Shown: in pieces, positions 45,950-58,063 of the stretch
Numbering within the stretch: the first letter of the stretch is position 1
Layout of the letters: every line of letters starts with the position of its first letter
Source of the DNA: Escherichia coli
Lineage (GTDB): Bacteria > Pseudomonadota > Gammaproteobacteria > Enterobacterales > Enterobacteriaceae
Assembly: GCF_009931435.1 (NCBI RefSeq)
Contig: NZ_CP043414.1
Length of the DNA stretch: 64,000 bases
Reading direction: 5' to 3' (one strand)
The notes under the pieces: model-generated
What the model was told of the DNA's origin: nothing
Databases searched by the model: none
What the model saw: the letters and a program-made list of their open reading frames with translations, nothing else
Translations under genes and position numbers: made by a program

Positions 45950-46177
45950 AGAAAAAAGCCAGCAGATAATCACTGCTGGCGTGGCGATTAACACCAATAC
46001 TCAGTCACACATGATGTCCGCAAATCAGTAGTCAGAATGACTCCCCTCCCACTGCATCAGCTCTTCAAGCATGGTTAATCGTTGTGGGACGCTTAACCAA
46101 CGCAACCAGCACAACGTCGCTGTCGCGGTAAAATAGTGCTGATAAAACTGACGTATGGGGCACCTCCTTGCTTCATC
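45950..46177 (-). ncRNA. sgrS: Small RNA SgrS (glucose-phosphate stress)
   Basis: Minus strand begins GATGAAGCAAGGAGGTGCCCCATACGTCAG... and contains the conserved ptsG-pairing seed GTGTGACTGAGTATTGGTG followed by hairpin GCCAGCAGTGATTATCTGCTGGC + U-run; matches remembered SgrS. Ends are approximate. Confidence 0.85.
46025..46156 (-). pseudogene. sgrT: sgrT-homologous reading frame inside sgrS with start codon ATA instead of ATG
   Basis: Frame encodes (I)RQFYQHYFTATATLCWLRWLSVPQRLTMLEELMQWEGSHSDY, homologous to K-12 SgrT (MRQFYQHYFTATAKLCWLRW...); the codon aligned with the K-12 ATG is ATA (plus-strand tat at 46154-46156). No alternative in-frame start nearby. Confidence 0.55.
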
Positions 46178-46244
46178 GTTAGGAATTATTGACTTAATAT
46201 AGGGAAAATAAAATTGCTGACTTTTGCGCAGGAGTTCCCCTTTT

Positions 46245-47900
46245 ATGCCATCTGCTCGTCTGCAACAACAGTTCATCCGCCTGTGGCAATGCTGCGAGGG
46301 TAAATCGCAGGACACAACGCTCAACGAACTAGCGGAGTTATTGAGCTGCTCCCGTCGTCATATGCGCACCCTGCTCAATACCATGCAGGATCGCGGCTGG
46401 CTGACGTGGGAAGCGGAGGTCGGGCGCGGTAAACGCTCACGTTTAACATTCCTCTATACCGGGCTGGCGCTTCAGCAACAGCGAGCAGAGGACCTGCTGG
46501 AGCAGGATCGTATCGATCAACTGGTGCAACTGGTTGGCGACAAAGCGGCTGTGCGGCAAATGTTGGTTTCTCATTTGGGACGCAGCTTCCGCCAGGGGCG
46601 GCACATCCTGCGCGTGCTCTACTATCGTCCGTTGCGCAATCTGCTGCCCGGCAGTGCATTGCGCCGTTCCGAAACCCATATCGCCCGGCAAATCTTCAGT
46701 TCGCTAACGCGCATAAATGAGGAAAATGGGGAACTGGAAGCAGACATCGCCCACCACTGGCAGCAAATATCACCGCTTCACTGGCGCTTCTTTTTGCGTC
46801 CAGGAGTCCATTTTCATCATGGTCGTGAACTGGAAATGGACGATGTGATCGCCTCTTTAAAACGAATCAATACGCTGCCGCTTTATTCGCATATTGCGGA
46901 CATTGTGTCGCCGACGCCCTGGACGCTGGATATCCATCTCACGCAACCGGACCGCTGGTTACCGTTACTGCTGGGGCAAGTTCCGGCGATGATCCTGCCA
47001 CGAGAATGGGAAACCCTCAGTAACTTTGCCAGCCATCCCATCGGCACCGGTCCGTATGCGGTGATCCGCAACAGCACCAATCAACTGAAAATTCAGGCAT
47101 TCGATGACTTCTTCGGTTATCGCGCATTAATCGACGAAGTAAATGTCTGGGTTCTGCCAGAAATTGCCGACGAGCCAGCCGGCGGTCTGATGCTAAAAGG
47201 GCCGCAGGGCGAGGAAAAAGAGATTGAAAGTCGGCTGGAGGAAGGTTGCTACTATTTACTGTTCGACAGCCGCACCCATCGCGGGGCGAACCAGGCGGTA
47301 AGAGACTGGGTAAGCTATGTTCTCTCCCCCACCAACCTGGTCTATTTTGCCGAAGAACAGTACCAGCAACTCTGGTTTCCAGCCTACGGGCTGTTGCCGC
47401 GCTGGCATCATGCCCACCCGACGCATTGCGAAAAACCCGCCGGGCTGGAAAACCTCACCCTGACTTTTTATCAGGATCATATTGAGCATCGAGTGATTGC
47501 CGGGATCATGAAGCAGATTCTGGCAAGTTATCAGGTCACACTGAAAATTAAAGAGATCAGCTACGATCAGTGGCACGAAGGAGAGATCGAAAGTGACATC
47601 TGGCTTAACAGCGCCAACTTTACGCTGCCGCTGGATTTTTCGCTGTTCGCGCACTTGTGCGAGGTGCCGCTGCTCCAACACTGTATTCCGATCGACTGGC
47701 AAGCCGACGCCGCCCGCTGGCGCAATGGCGAAATGAATCTGGCGAACTGGTGCCAGCAACTGGTCGCCAGTAAAGCAATGGTGCCACTTATCCACCACTG
47801 GCTGATCATTCAGGGGCAACGCAGTATGCGCGGTCTGCGTATGAACACCCTCGGCTGGTTCGATTTTAAATCCGCGTGGTTTGCGCCGCCGGATCCATGA
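46245..47900 (+). CDS. sgrR: Transcriptional activator SgrR, 551 aa
   Basis: Track ORF 46224..47900 trimmed to ATG 46245: [44 protein letters not shown]... Confidence 0.93.
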   Translation: MPSARLQQQFIRLWQCCEGKSQDTTLNELAELLSCSRRHMRTLLNTMQDRGWLTWEAEVGRGKRSRLTFLYTGLALQQQRAEDLLEQDRIDQLVQLVGDKAAVRQMLVSHLGRSFRQGRHILRVLYYRPLRNLLPGSALRRSETHIARQIFSSLTRINEENGELEADIAHHWQQISPLHWRFFLRPGVHFHHGRELEMDDVIASLKRINTLPLYSHIADIVSPTPWTLDIHLTQPDRWLPLLLGQVPAMILPREWETLSNFASHPIGTGPYAVIRNSTNQLKIQAFDDFFGYRALIDEVNVWVLPEIADEPAGGLMLKGPQGEEKEIESRLEEGCYYLLFDSRTHRGANQAVRDWVSYVLSPTNLVYFAEEQYQQLWFPAYGLLPRWHHAHPTHCEKPAGLENLTLTFYQDHIEHRVIAGIMKQILASYQVTLKIKEISYDQWHEGEIESDIWLNSANFTLPLDFSLFAHLCEVPLLQHCIPIDWQADAARWRNGEMNLANWCQQLVASKAMVPLIHHWLIIQGQRSMRGLRMNTLGWFDFKSAWFAPPDP

Positions 47901-47939
47901 TTGCTGGTTGATAACAAAATCACTACACTAACGCCGTTC

Positions 47940-48045
47940 TCAACGGGGTGCCACGCTGCCGCGTGCGCTGAGAAAATACCCGTCGAACCTGATCCGGATA
48001 ACGCCGGCGAAGGGATTTGAGGCTCCTTCTCAAGTCCTTTGCCAC
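47940..48045 (+). ncRNA. TPP (thi-box) riboswitch in thiBPQ leader (SroA region)
   Basis: GGGGTGCCACGCTGCCGCGTGCGCTGAGAAAATACCCGTCGAACCTGATCCGGATAACGCCGGCGAAGGGA read in sequence; contains the conserved CUGAGA and ACCUGAUC...GGGA thi-box elements. Boundaries approximate. Confidence 0.85.
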
Positions 48046-48063
48046 TCTTCTTTGAGGTGCAAA

Positions 48064-49047
48064 GTGTTAAAAAAATATCTTCCCCTGCTGTTGCTCTGTA
48101 CAGCACCCGCTTTCGCTAAACCCGTTCTGACTGTTTATACCTACGATTCCTTCGCCGCCGACTGGGGGCCAGGTCCGGTGGTGAAAAAAGCCTTTGAAGC
48201 CGACTGTAATTGCGAACTGAAACTGGTGGCGCTGGAAGATGGCGTTTCGCTTCTCAACCGTCTGCGGATGGAAGGCAAAAACAGTAAAGCCGATGTGGTG
48301 CTGGGGCTGGATAACAATCTGTTAGATGCCGCCAGCAAAACCGGGCTGTTTGCTAAAAGCGGTGTGGCAGCGGATGCCGTTAACGTTCCCGGTGGCTGGA
48401 ATAATGACACTTTTGTCCCATTTGATTACGGCTACTTCGCCTTCGTCTATGACAAGAACAAACTGAAAAATCCGCCGCAAAGCCTGAAAGAATTGGTTGA
48501 AAGCGATCAGAACTGGCGAGTGATTTATCAGGATCCGCGTACCAGTACGCCGGGCCTGGGCCTGTTGTTGTGGATGCAAAAAGTCTATGGCGATGACGCC
48601 CCGCAAGCCTGGCAGAAGCTGGCGAAGAAAACCGTCACGGTCACCAAAGGCTGGAGCGAAGCCTACGGCCTGTTTTTAAAAGGCGAAAGCGATCTGGTAC
48701 TGAGTTACACCACCTCTCCGGCTTATCACATTCTCGAAGAGAAGAAAGATAACTACGCCGCCGCGAACTTCAGCGAAGGTCACTATTTGCAAGTGGAAGT
48801 CGCCGCCCGCACCGCTGCCAGCAAACAGCCGGAGCTGGCGCAAAAATTCCTCCAGTTTATGGTTTCTCCGGCTTTTCAGAATGCGATCCCAACCGGCAAC
48901 TGGATGTATCCGGTGGCAAACGTCACGCTGCCTGCCGGTTTTGAAAAATTGACCAAACCGGCAACCACGCTGGAGTTCACGCCAGCCGAGGTGGCGGCAC
49001 AACGTCAGGCATGGATTAGCGAATGGCAACGCGCCGTCAGCCGTTAA
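48064..49047 (+). CDS. thiB: Thiamine ABC transporter periplasmic binding protein, 327 aa, GTG start
   Basis: Track ORF starts at TTG 48052; set to GTG 48064 (VLKKYLPLLLLCTAPAFAKPVLTVYTYDSFAADWG...) to match the known 327-aa protein. Confidence 0.92.
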   Translation: MLKKYLPLLLLCTAPAFAKPVLTVYTYDSFAADWGPGPVVKKAFEADCNCELKLVALEDGVSLLNRLRMEGKNSKADVVLGLDNNLLDAASKTGLFAKSGVAADAVNVPGGWNNDTFVPFDYGYFAFVYDKNKLKNPPQSLKELVESDQNWRVIYQDPRTSTPGLGLLLWMQKVYGDDAPQAWQKLAKKTVTVTKGWSEAYGLFLKGESDLVLSYTTSPAYHILEEKKDNYAAANFSEGHYLQVEVAARTAASKQPELAQKFLQFMVSPAFQNAIPTGNWMYPVANVTLPAGFEKLTKPATTLEFTPAEVAAQRQAWISEWQRAVSR

Positions 49048-50633
49048 TTCCCGGCTGGTTAATTCCAGGCGTAAGCGCCGCTACGCTTGTGGTGGCGGTT
49101 GCACTGGCGGCATTTCTCGCCCTGTGGTGGAACGCGCCGCAGGGTGACTGGATGGCAATCTGGCAGGACAGCTACCTGTGGCATGTGGTGCGCTTCTCCT
49201 TCTGGCAGGCGTTTCTCTCGGCGCTGCTCTCTGTCGTACCCGCGATATTCCTCGCCCGCGCGCTCTATCGCAGGCGCTTTCCGGGTCGGCTGACGCTGTT
49301 GCGTCTGTGCGCAATGACCTTGATCCTCCCGGTGCTGGTTGCTGTTTTCGGCATTCTTAGCGTCTATGGTCGCCAGGGCTGGCTGGCATCACTCTGCCAA
49401 TCGCTCGGTCTGGAGTGGACCTTTTCGCCCTACGGCCTGCAAGGTATTTTGCTGGCGCACGTATTTTTTAATCTGCCGATGGCGAGCCGCTTATTACTCC
49501 AGGCACTGGAAAACATTCCCGGCGAACAACGTCAACTTGCCGCCCAGCTTGGGATGCGCGGCTGGCATTTTTTCCGCTTCGTCGAATGGCCGTGGTTACG
49601 GCGTCAAATCCCGCCGGTTGCCGCGCTTATCTTTATGCTCTGTTTCGCCAGCTTCGCCACCGTGCTATCGCTGGGCGGCGGTCCGCAGGCGACCACTATC
49701 GAGCTGGCAATCTATCAGGCGCTGAGTTACGACTACGATCCCGCCCGCGCGGCGATGCTGGCGCTGATCCAGATGATATGTTGCCTTGGGCTGGTGCTGT
49801 TGAGTCAGCGACTAAGTAAAGCCATTGCGCCCGGCACCACGCTGCTGCAAGGCTGGCGCGACCCGGACGACCGTCTGCATAGCCGCATTTGCGACACGGT
49901 GTTAATTGTGCTGGCGCTGCTGCTGTTGCTGCCACCGTTACTAGCGGTGATTGTCGATGGGGTAAATCGCCAGTTGCCAGAGGTGCTGGCACAACCGGTG
50001 CTGTGGCAGGCGCTGTGGACCTCGTTGCGTATTGCGCTGGCGGCAGGCGTATTATGCGTAGTGCTGACCATGATGCTGCTATGGAGCAGTCGCGAATTGC
50101 GGGCACGGCAAAAAATGCTGGCGGGTCAGGCGCTGGAGATGAGCGGAATGCTGATCCTCGCCATGCCGGGGATTGTGCTGGCAACGGGCTTCTTTTTACT
50201 GCTCAACAACACTATCGGCCTGCCGCAATCTGCTGACGGCATTGTGATTTTCACCAATGCGTTAATGGCGATCCCTTACGCACTGAAAGTGCTGGAAAAC
50301 CCGATGCGCGATATCACCGCGCGTTACAGTATGTTGTGTCAGTCGCTGGGGATTGAAGGCTGGTCGCGCTTAAAAGTGGTGGAACTGCGCGCCCTGAAAC
50401 GTCCGCTGGCGCAGGCGCTGGCCTTTGCGTGTGTGCTGTCGATTGGTGATTTTGGCGTGGTGGCGTTGTTCGGTAACGATGATTTCCGTACCCTGCCGTT
50501 TTATCTCTACCAGCAAATTGGCTCCTATCGTAGCCAGGACGGTGCGGTGACCGCGTTAATTCTGCTGCTGCTCTGTTTTCTGCTGTTTACCGTGATTGAA
50601 AAACTACCGGGGCGAAATGTTAAAACTGACTGA
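49023..50633 (+). CDS. thiP: Thiamine ABC transporter permease, 536 aa
   Basis: Track ORF; [40 protein letters not shown]... Confidence 0.95.
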   Translation: MATRRQPLIPGWLIPGVSAATLVVAVALAAFLALWWNAPQGDWMAIWQDSYLWHVVRFSFWQAFLSALLSVVPAIFLARALYRRRFPGRLTLLRLCAMTLILPVLVAVFGILSVYGRQGWLASLCQSLGLEWTFSPYGLQGILLAHVFFNLPMASRLLLQALENIPGEQRQLAAQLGMRGWHFFRFVEWPWLRRQIPPVAALIFMLCFASFATVLSLGGGPQATTIELAIYQALSYDYDPARAAMLALIQMICCLGLVLLSQRLSKAIAPGTTLLQGWRDPDDRLHSRICDTVLIVLALLLLLPPLLAVIVDGVNRQLPEVLAQPVLWQALWTSLRIALAAGVLCVVLTMMLLWSSRELRARQKMLAGQALEMSGMLILAMPGIVLATGFFLLLNNTIGLPQSADGIVIFTNALMAIPYALKVLENPMRDITARYSMLCQSLGIEGWSRLKVVELRALKRPLAQALAFACVLSIGDFGVVALFGNDDFRTLPFYLYQQIGSYRSQDGAVTALILLLLCFLLFTVIEKLPGRNVKTD

Positions 50634-51315
50634 TATCACCTGGCTTTATCACCATTTGCCGATGCGTTTTAGCTTAACGGTGGAACCCGGCGAGCAGGTG
50701 GCGATCCTCGGGCCAAGCGGCGCGGGTAAAAGTACCCTGCTAAATTTGATCGCCGGTTTTCTGACGCCAGCCAGCGGTTCGCTGACTATCGATGGTATTG
50801 ATCACACCACGACGCCGCCGTCACGCCGTCCGGTATCGATGCTGTTTCAGGAGAACAACCTGTTCAGTCACCTGACGGTCGCGCAGAACATCGGGCTGGG
50901 GCTTAATCCTGGATTGAAGCTGAACGCGGCGCAGCAGGAGAAAATGCATGCTATCGCCCGCCAGATGGGGATTGATAATTTAATGGCGCGATTACCGGGC
51001 GAGCTTTCTGGCGGTCAGCGACAGCGCGTGGCGTTAGCGCGTTGTCTGGTGCGCGAACAGCCGATTTTATTGCTCGATGAACCGTTCTCTGCGCTCGATC
51101 CGGCGTTACGTCAGGAGATGCTGACGCTGGTGAGCACGAGCTGCCAGCAGCAAAAAATGACGCTATTGATGGTGTCGCACAGTGTGGAAGATGCGGCGCG
51201 GATCGCCACACGCTCGGTGGTGGTCGCTGACGGGCGCATCGCCTGGCAGGGTAAGACTGAAGAATTGTTGAGCGGTAAGGCGAGTGCTTCGGCAATATTG
51301 GGGATTACGGGTTAG
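50617..51315 (+). CDS. thiQ: Thiamine ABC transporter ATP-binding protein, 232 aa
   Basis: Track ORF 50596..51315 trimmed to [18 protein letters not shown]...; Walker [10 protein letters not shown]. Confidence 0.93.
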   Translation: MLKLTDITWLYHHLPMRFSLTVEPGEQVAILGPSGAGKSTLLNLIAGFLTPASGSLTIDGIDHTTTPPSRRPVSMLFQENNLFSHLTVAQNIGLGLNPGLKLNAAQQEKMHAIARQMGIDNLMARLPGELSGGQRQRVALARCLVREQPILLLDEPFSALDPALRQEMLTLVSTSCQQQKMTLLMVSHSVEDAARIATRSVVVADGRIAWQGKTEELLSGKASASAILGITG

Positions 51316-51322
51316 TATGCAC

Positions 51323-51410
<88 letters not shown>

Positions 51411-51427
51411 CCCGCACAGACTATCCC

Positions 51428-52192
51428 CTAAACCCCAACCACTTTCCGCAAAATATCGATATATACCGGCATCAACGGGTGGCGAATTAACACTACCAGC
51501 GCCACTACACCGACGGCAGAAATTAACGGTGCCAGCCACAACAAACGACCGCGCGACAAATAATGACTTAAACGGTCAGTCGCTTTACCACTGCGCCATA
51601 ACCGCCAGCACAGCCAGCCACCAACCCACAAAAACACCGCTGTTGCCAGCAGCAACCATTTAAACTCGCCACTCTGCATTCCGGCAGGAATATCGATCGC
51701 CGCGCCCGCCAGAATCCCCGGCAGGAAGTAAAACGGCGGCCATAACAGGCAGCCGATAATATTTGGCGTAATAAATTTCGCCACCGGGAGATCCAACATT
51801 CCCGCCACCATTGGCACCAGCGGACGCGTCGGGCCGACAAAACGACCGACCAGAATGGTAAACATGCTGTGTTGATGCAACGCATGTTCAGTTTTATCGA
51901 GTAATGCTTTGTTCTTCTTCAGAAACGACCAGCGATGCAACGGCTTTTTAAAACGCCAGCCCAGCCAGAAGGAGATCCAGTCGCCCAGCAGGCAACCGAC
52001 GATCCCTGCCAGCCAGGCGTGCCAGAAACTTAACTCGCCGCTGCCAATCAGCGCTCCCAGCCCCGCCATCAGCACCGTACCGGGTAGAATCAAACCGACC
52101 AGCGCCAGCGACTCCAGAAAGGCCACCAACACCACCGCCATCAATGAATACACGGTGGATTGGGTAATAAAGTGTTCCAGCAATGCTTGCAT
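51428..52192 (-). CDS. yabI: DedA-family inner membrane protein, 254 aa
   Basis: Track ORF; MQALLEHFITQSTVYSLMAVVLVAFLESLALVGLILPGTVLMAGLGALIG... Confidence 0.94.
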   Translation of the reverse strand: MQALLEHFITQSTVYSLMAVVLVAFLESLALVGLILPGTVLMAGLGALIGSGELSFWHAWLAGIVGCLLGDWISFWLGWRFKKPLHRWSFLKKNKALLDKTEHALHQHSMFTILVGRFVGPTRPLVPMVAGMLDLPVAKFITPNIIGCLLWPPFYFLPGILAGAAIDIPAGMQSGEFKWLLLATAVFLWVGGWLCWRLWRSGKATDRLSHYLSRGRLLWLAPLISAVGVVALVVLIRHPLMPVYIDILRKVVGV

Positions 52193-52277
52193 AATGTGCC
52201 TGTCAAATGGACGAAGCAGGGATTCTGCAAACCCTATGCTACTCCGTCAAGCCGTCAATTATCTGATTCGTTACCAA

Positions 52278-53156
52278 TTATGACAACTTGACGGCTACAT
52301 CATTCACTTTTTCTTCACAACCGGCACGGAACTCGCTCGGACTGGCCCCGGTGCATTTTTTAAATACTCGCGAGAAATAGAGTTGATCGTCAAAACCAAC
52401 ATTGCGACCGACGGTAGCGATAGGCATCCGTGTGGTGCTCAAAAGCAGCTTCGCCTGACTAATGCGTTGGTCCTCGCGCCAGCTTAAGACGCTAATTCCT
52501 AACTGCTGGCGGAACAGATGCGACAGACGCGACGGCGACAGGCAGACATGCTGCGCGACGCTGGCAATATCAAAATTGCTGTCTGCCAGGTGATCGCTGA
52601 TGTACTGACAAGCCTCGCGTACCCGATTATCCATCGGTGGATGGAGCGACTCGTTAATTGCTTCCATGCGCCGAAGTAACAATTGCTCAAGCAGATTTAT
52701 CGCCAGCAGCTCCGAATAGCGCCCTTCCCCTTGCCCGGCGTTAATGATTTGCCCAAACAGGTCGCTGAAATGCGGCTGGTGCGCTTCATCCGGGCGAAAG
52801 AAACCGGTATTGGCAAATATTGACGGCCAGTTAAGCCATTCATGCCAGTAGGCGCGCGGACGAAAGTAAACCCACTGGTGATACCATTCGCGAGCCTCCG
52901 GATGACGACCGTAGTGATGAATCTCTCCTGGCGGGAACAGCAAAATATCACCCGGTCGGCAGACAAATTCTCGTCCCTGATTTTTCACCACCCCCTGGCC
53001 GCGTATGGTGAGATTGAGAATATAACCCTTCATTCCCAGTGGTCGGTCGATAAAAAAATCGAGATATCCGTTGGCCTCAATCGGCGTTAAACCCGCCACC
53101 AGATGGGCGTTAAACGAGTATCCCGGCAGCAGGGGATCATTTTGCGCTTCAGCCAT
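52278..53156 (-). CDS. araC: Arabinose operon regulator AraC, 292 aa
   Basis: Track ORF 52278..53207 trimmed to [49 protein letters not shown]... Confidence 0.95.
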
Positions 53157-53184
53157 ACTTTTCATACTCCCGCCATTCAGAGAA

Positions 53185-53205
53185 GAAACCAATTGTCCAT
53201 ATTGC
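53185..53205. promoter_or_regulatory. araO2 AraC half-site (DNA looping operator) in araC leader
   Basis: AACCAATTGTCCATATTGCAT contains the TCCATA AraC half-site motif, ~280 bp upstream of PBAD as expected. From memory, not verified. Confidence 0.5.
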
Positions 53206-53363
53206 ATTAGACATTGCCGTCACTGCGTCTTTTACTGGCTCTTCTCGCTAATCCAACCGGTAACCCCGCTTATTAAAAGCATTCTGTAACAAAGCGGGAC
53301 CAAAGCCATGACAAAAACGCGTAACAAAAGTGTCTATAATCACGGCAGAAAAGTCCACATTGA

Positions 53364-55196
<1,833 letters not shown>

Positions 55197-55206
55197 GGAC
55201 ACGACA

Positions 55207-56709
55207 ATGACAATTTTTGATAATTATGAAGTGTGGTTTGTAATTGGCAGCCAGCATCTGTATGGTCCGGAAACCCTGCGTCAGGTCACCCAACATGCCG
55301 AGCACGTCGTTAATGCGCTGAATACGGAAGCGAAACTGCCCTGCAAACTGGTGCTGAAACCGCTGGGCACCACGCCGGATGAAATCACCGCTATTTGCCG
55401 TGACGCGAATTACGACGATCGTTGCGCTGGTCTGGTGGTGTGGCTGCACACCTTTTCCCCGGCCAAAATGTGGATCAACGGCCTGACCATGCTCAACAAA
55501 CCGTTGCTGCAATTCCACACCCAGTTCAACGCGGCGCTGCCGTGGGATAGCATCGATATGGACTTTATGAACCTGAACCAGACTGCACATGGCGGTCGCG
55601 AGTTCGGCTTCATTGGCGCGCGTATGCGTCAGCAACATGCTGTCGTTACCGGTCACTGGCAGGATAAACAAGCACATGAGCGTATCGGCTCCTGGATGCG
55701 TCAGGCGGTCTCTAAACAGGATACCCGTCATCTGAAAGTTTGCCGCTTTGGCGATAACATGCGTGAAGTGGCGGTCACCGATGGCGATAAAGTTGCCGCA
55801 CAAATCAAATTCGGTTTCTCCGTCAATACCTGGGCAGTTGGCGATCTGGTGCAGGTGGTGAACTCCATCAGCGATGGCGATGTTAACGCGCTGGTCGATG
55901 AGTACGAAAGCTGCTACACCATGACGCCTGCGACACAAATCCACGGCGAAAAACGGCAGAACGTGCTGGAAGCTGCGCGTATTGAGCTGGGGATGAAGCG
56001 TTTCCTGGAACAAGGTGGCTTCCATGCGTTCACCACCACCTTTGAAGATTTGCACGGTCTGAAGCAGCTTCCAGGCCTGGCCGTGCAGCGTCTGATGCAG
56101 CAGGGCTACGGCTTTGCGGGCGAAGGCGACTGGAAAACTGCCGCCCTGCTTCGCATCATGAAAGTGATGTCAACCGGTCTGCAGGGCGGCACCTCCTTTA
56201 TGGAGGACTACACTTACCACTTCGAAAAAGGTAATGACCTGGTGCTCGGCTCCCATATGCTGGAAGTCTGTCCGTCGATCGCCGTAGAAGAGAAACCGAT
56301 CCTCGACGTTCAACACCTCGGGATTGGCGGTAAAGACGATCCTGCCCGCCTGATCTTCAATACCCAAACTGGTCCGGCGATTGTCGCCAGCTTGATTGAT
56401 CTCGGCGATCGTTACCGTCTGCTGGTTAACTGCATCGACACGGTGAAAACGCCGCACACCCTGCCGAAACTGCCGGTGGCGAATGCGCTGTGGAAAGCGC
56501 AGCCGGATCTACCAACCGCTTCCGAAGCGTGGATCCTTGCTGGTGGCGCGCACCACACCGTCTTCAGCCATGCGTTGAACCTCAACGATATGCGCCAGTT
56601 TGCCGAGATGCACGACATTGAAATCACGGTGATTAATAACGACACCCGCCTGCCAGCGTTTAAAGACGCGCTGCGCTGGAACGAAGTGTATTACGGATTT
56701 CGTCGCTAA
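55207..56709 (+). CDS. araA: L-arabinose isomerase, 500 aa
   Basis: Track ORF; [49 protein letters not shown]... Confidence 0.96.
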   Translation: MTIFDNYEVWFVIGSQHLYGPETLRQVTQHAEHVVNALNTEAKLPCKLVLKPLGTTPDEITAICRDANYDDRCAGLVVWLHTFSPAKMWINGLTMLNKPLLQFHTQFNAALPWDSIDMDFMNLNQTAHGGREFGFIGARMRQQHAVVTGHWQDKQAHERIGSWMRQAVSKQDTRHLKVCRFGDNMREVAVTDGDKVAAQIKFGFSVNTWAVGDLVQVVNSISDGDVNALVDEYESCYTMTPATQIHGEKRQNVLEAARIELGMKRFLEQGGFHAFTTTFEDLHGLKQLPGLAVQRLMQQGYGFAGEGDWKTAALLRIMKVMSTGLQGGTSFMEDYTYHFEKGNDLVLGSHMLEVCPSIAVEEKPILDVQHLGIGGKDDPARLIFNTQTGPAIVASLIDLGDRYRLLVNCIDTVKTPHTLPKLPVANALWKAQPDLPTASEAWILAGGAHHTVFSHALNLNDMRQFAEMHDIEITVINNDTRLPAFKDALRWNEVYYGFRR

Positions 56710-56712
56710 GTA

Positions 56713-56810
56713 GCCGCATCAGGTATGTAACGCCTGATGCGACGCTGACGCGTCTTATCTGGCCTACACGTTCCGATTTTGTAGGCCGGATAAGCAAAGC
56801 GCATCCGGCA
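56713..56810. repeat. REP-like palindromic units in araA-araD spacer
   Basis: GCCGCATCAGGTATGTAACGCCTGATGCGACGC...TGTAGGCCGGATAAGCAAAGCGCATCCGGCA read in sequence; REP family by consensus. Confidence 0.75.
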
Positions 56811-56813
56811 TTC

Positions 56814-56856
56814 TTTTCCCCCTCGCCCCTTTGGGGAGAGGGCCGGGGTGAGGGGA
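56814..56856. repeat. GC-rich imperfect palindrome (boxC-like) immediately upstream of araD SD
   Basis: TTTTCCCCCTCGCCCCTTTGGGGAGAGGGCCGGGGTGAGGGG; CCCCTCGCCCC pairs with GGGGTGAGGGG. Family assignment (boxC-like) is from memory and uncertain. Confidence 0.45.
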
Positions 56857-56877
56857 AACGACCTCTCAGGAGTCAAC

Positions 56878-57573
56878 ATGTTAGAAGATCTCAAACGTCA
56901 GGTTTTAGAAGCCAACCTGGCGCTGCCAAAACACAACCTGGTCACGCTGACCTGGGGCAACGTCAGCGCCGTTGATCGCGAGCGCGGCGTCTTTGTAATC
57001 AAACCTTCCGGCGTCGATTACAACGTCATGACCGCTGACGATATGGTCGTGGTCAGCATCGAAACCGGTGAAGTGGTTGAAGGTACGAAAAAGCCCTCCT
57101 CCGACACGCCAACTCACCGGCTGCTCTATCAGGCATTCCCGTCCATTGGCGGCATTGTGCATACGCACTCCCGCCACGCCACCATCTGGGCGCAGGCGGG
57201 CCAGTCAATTCCGGCAACCGGCACCACCCACGCCGACTATTTCTACGGCACCATTCCCTGCACTCGCAAAATGACCGACGCAGAAATCAACGGCGAATAT
57301 GAGTGGGAAACCGGTAACGTCATCGTTGAAACTTTCGAAAAACAGGGTATCGACGCAGCGCAAATGCCTGGCGTTCTGGTCCATTCTCACGGCCCGTTTG
57401 CATGGGGTAAAAACGCTGAAGACGCAGTGCATAACGCCATCGTGCTGGAAGAAGTCGCTTATATGGGGATTTTCTGCCGCCAGCTTGCTCCGCAGTTACC
57501 GGATATGCAGCAAACATTGCTGGATAAACACTATCTGCGTAAGCATGGTGCGAAGGCATATTACGGGCAGTGA
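56878..57573 (+). CDS. araD: L-ribulose-5-phosphate 4-epimerase, 231 aa
   Basis: Track ORF 56848..57573 trimmed to [48 protein letters not shown]... Confidence 0.95.
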   Translation: MLEDLKRQVLEANLALPKHNLVTLTWGNVSAVDRERGVFVIKPSGVDYNVMTADDMVVVSIETGEVVEGTKKPSSDTPTHRLLYQAFPSIGGIVHTHSRHATIWAQAGQSIPATGTTHADYFYGTIPCTRKMTDAEINGEYEWETGNVIVETFEKQGIDAAQMPGVLVHSHGPFAWGKNAEDAVHNAIVLEEVAYMGIFCRQLAPQLPDMQQTLLDKHYLRKHGAKAYYGQ

Positions 57574-57578
57574 TTTAA

Positions 57579-57612
57579 GAGAAGCATCTGGGTAACAGGT
57601 GCTTCTTTTTTA
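57579..57612 (+). terminator. Intrinsic terminator after araD
   Basis: AGAAGCATCTG-ggtaac-AGGTGCTTCT (one mismatch in stem) followed by TTTTTTATTAT, 6 nt after the araD stop. Confidence 0.65.
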
Positions 57613-57619
57613 TTATCAC

Positions 57620-58063
57620 TCAGGCAGCAAGAAAAATTTCTGCCCCTATTCCCTCAATTAACAGTGCTTCTAATGAAGGGGCAATATACACCGCATCATC
57701 AAGATCTAAATTACCAAAACCGACGAGATATAAACCAAACCCCTCTTTTCCTTCGGCATAAAAAATCACTTTTCCGCCTTCATCATCGCCAATCGCCAGA
57801 GCGTGTGGAATATAATCCTGAATATGGTATGCGGCATTCATCTCACTACAGCCTGCGGCTCCCCAAATTCTGATATAAGACGTTGAATCCATCACTTTTA
57901 ATTCAACGTCTGCCATCAGAGTAATAAAGGTTAAATACTCATCAGGAATTGCAATGTGAAAATAATTTTTTATAAGTTGACCGAGTCCACTATAATCTAA
58001 TACGGGTTCCCATGACGCCAGCGTGAATTTTTCATGCAATTTAACAATAGGAAACTTACTCAT
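57620..58063 (-). CDS. Hypothetical protein, 147 aa, SUKH/SMI1-KNR4-like (putative immunity protein)
   Basis: Track ORF; ATG start overlaps upstream ORF stop (ATGA). Segments IPDEYLTFITL, ALAIGDDEGGKVIFY, GLYLVGFGNLDLDDAVYIAPSLEALL resemble the SMI1/KNR4 (SUKH-1) pattern. Assignment by eye only. Confidence 0.6.
   Translation of the reverse strand: MSKFPIVKLHEKFTLASWEPVLDYSGLGQLIKNYFHIAIPDEYLTFITLMADVELKVMDSTSYIRIWGAAGCSEMNAAYHIQDYIPHALAIGDDEGGKVIFYAEGKEGFGLYLVGFGNLDLDDAVYIAPSLEALLIEGIGAEIFLAA

Noticed and set aside
46224-46244. Upstream ATG extension of sgrR (MRRSSPF...)
   Set aside because: The known SgrR begins at MPSxRLQQQF; the extension would overlap the sgrS/sgrR divergent promoter.
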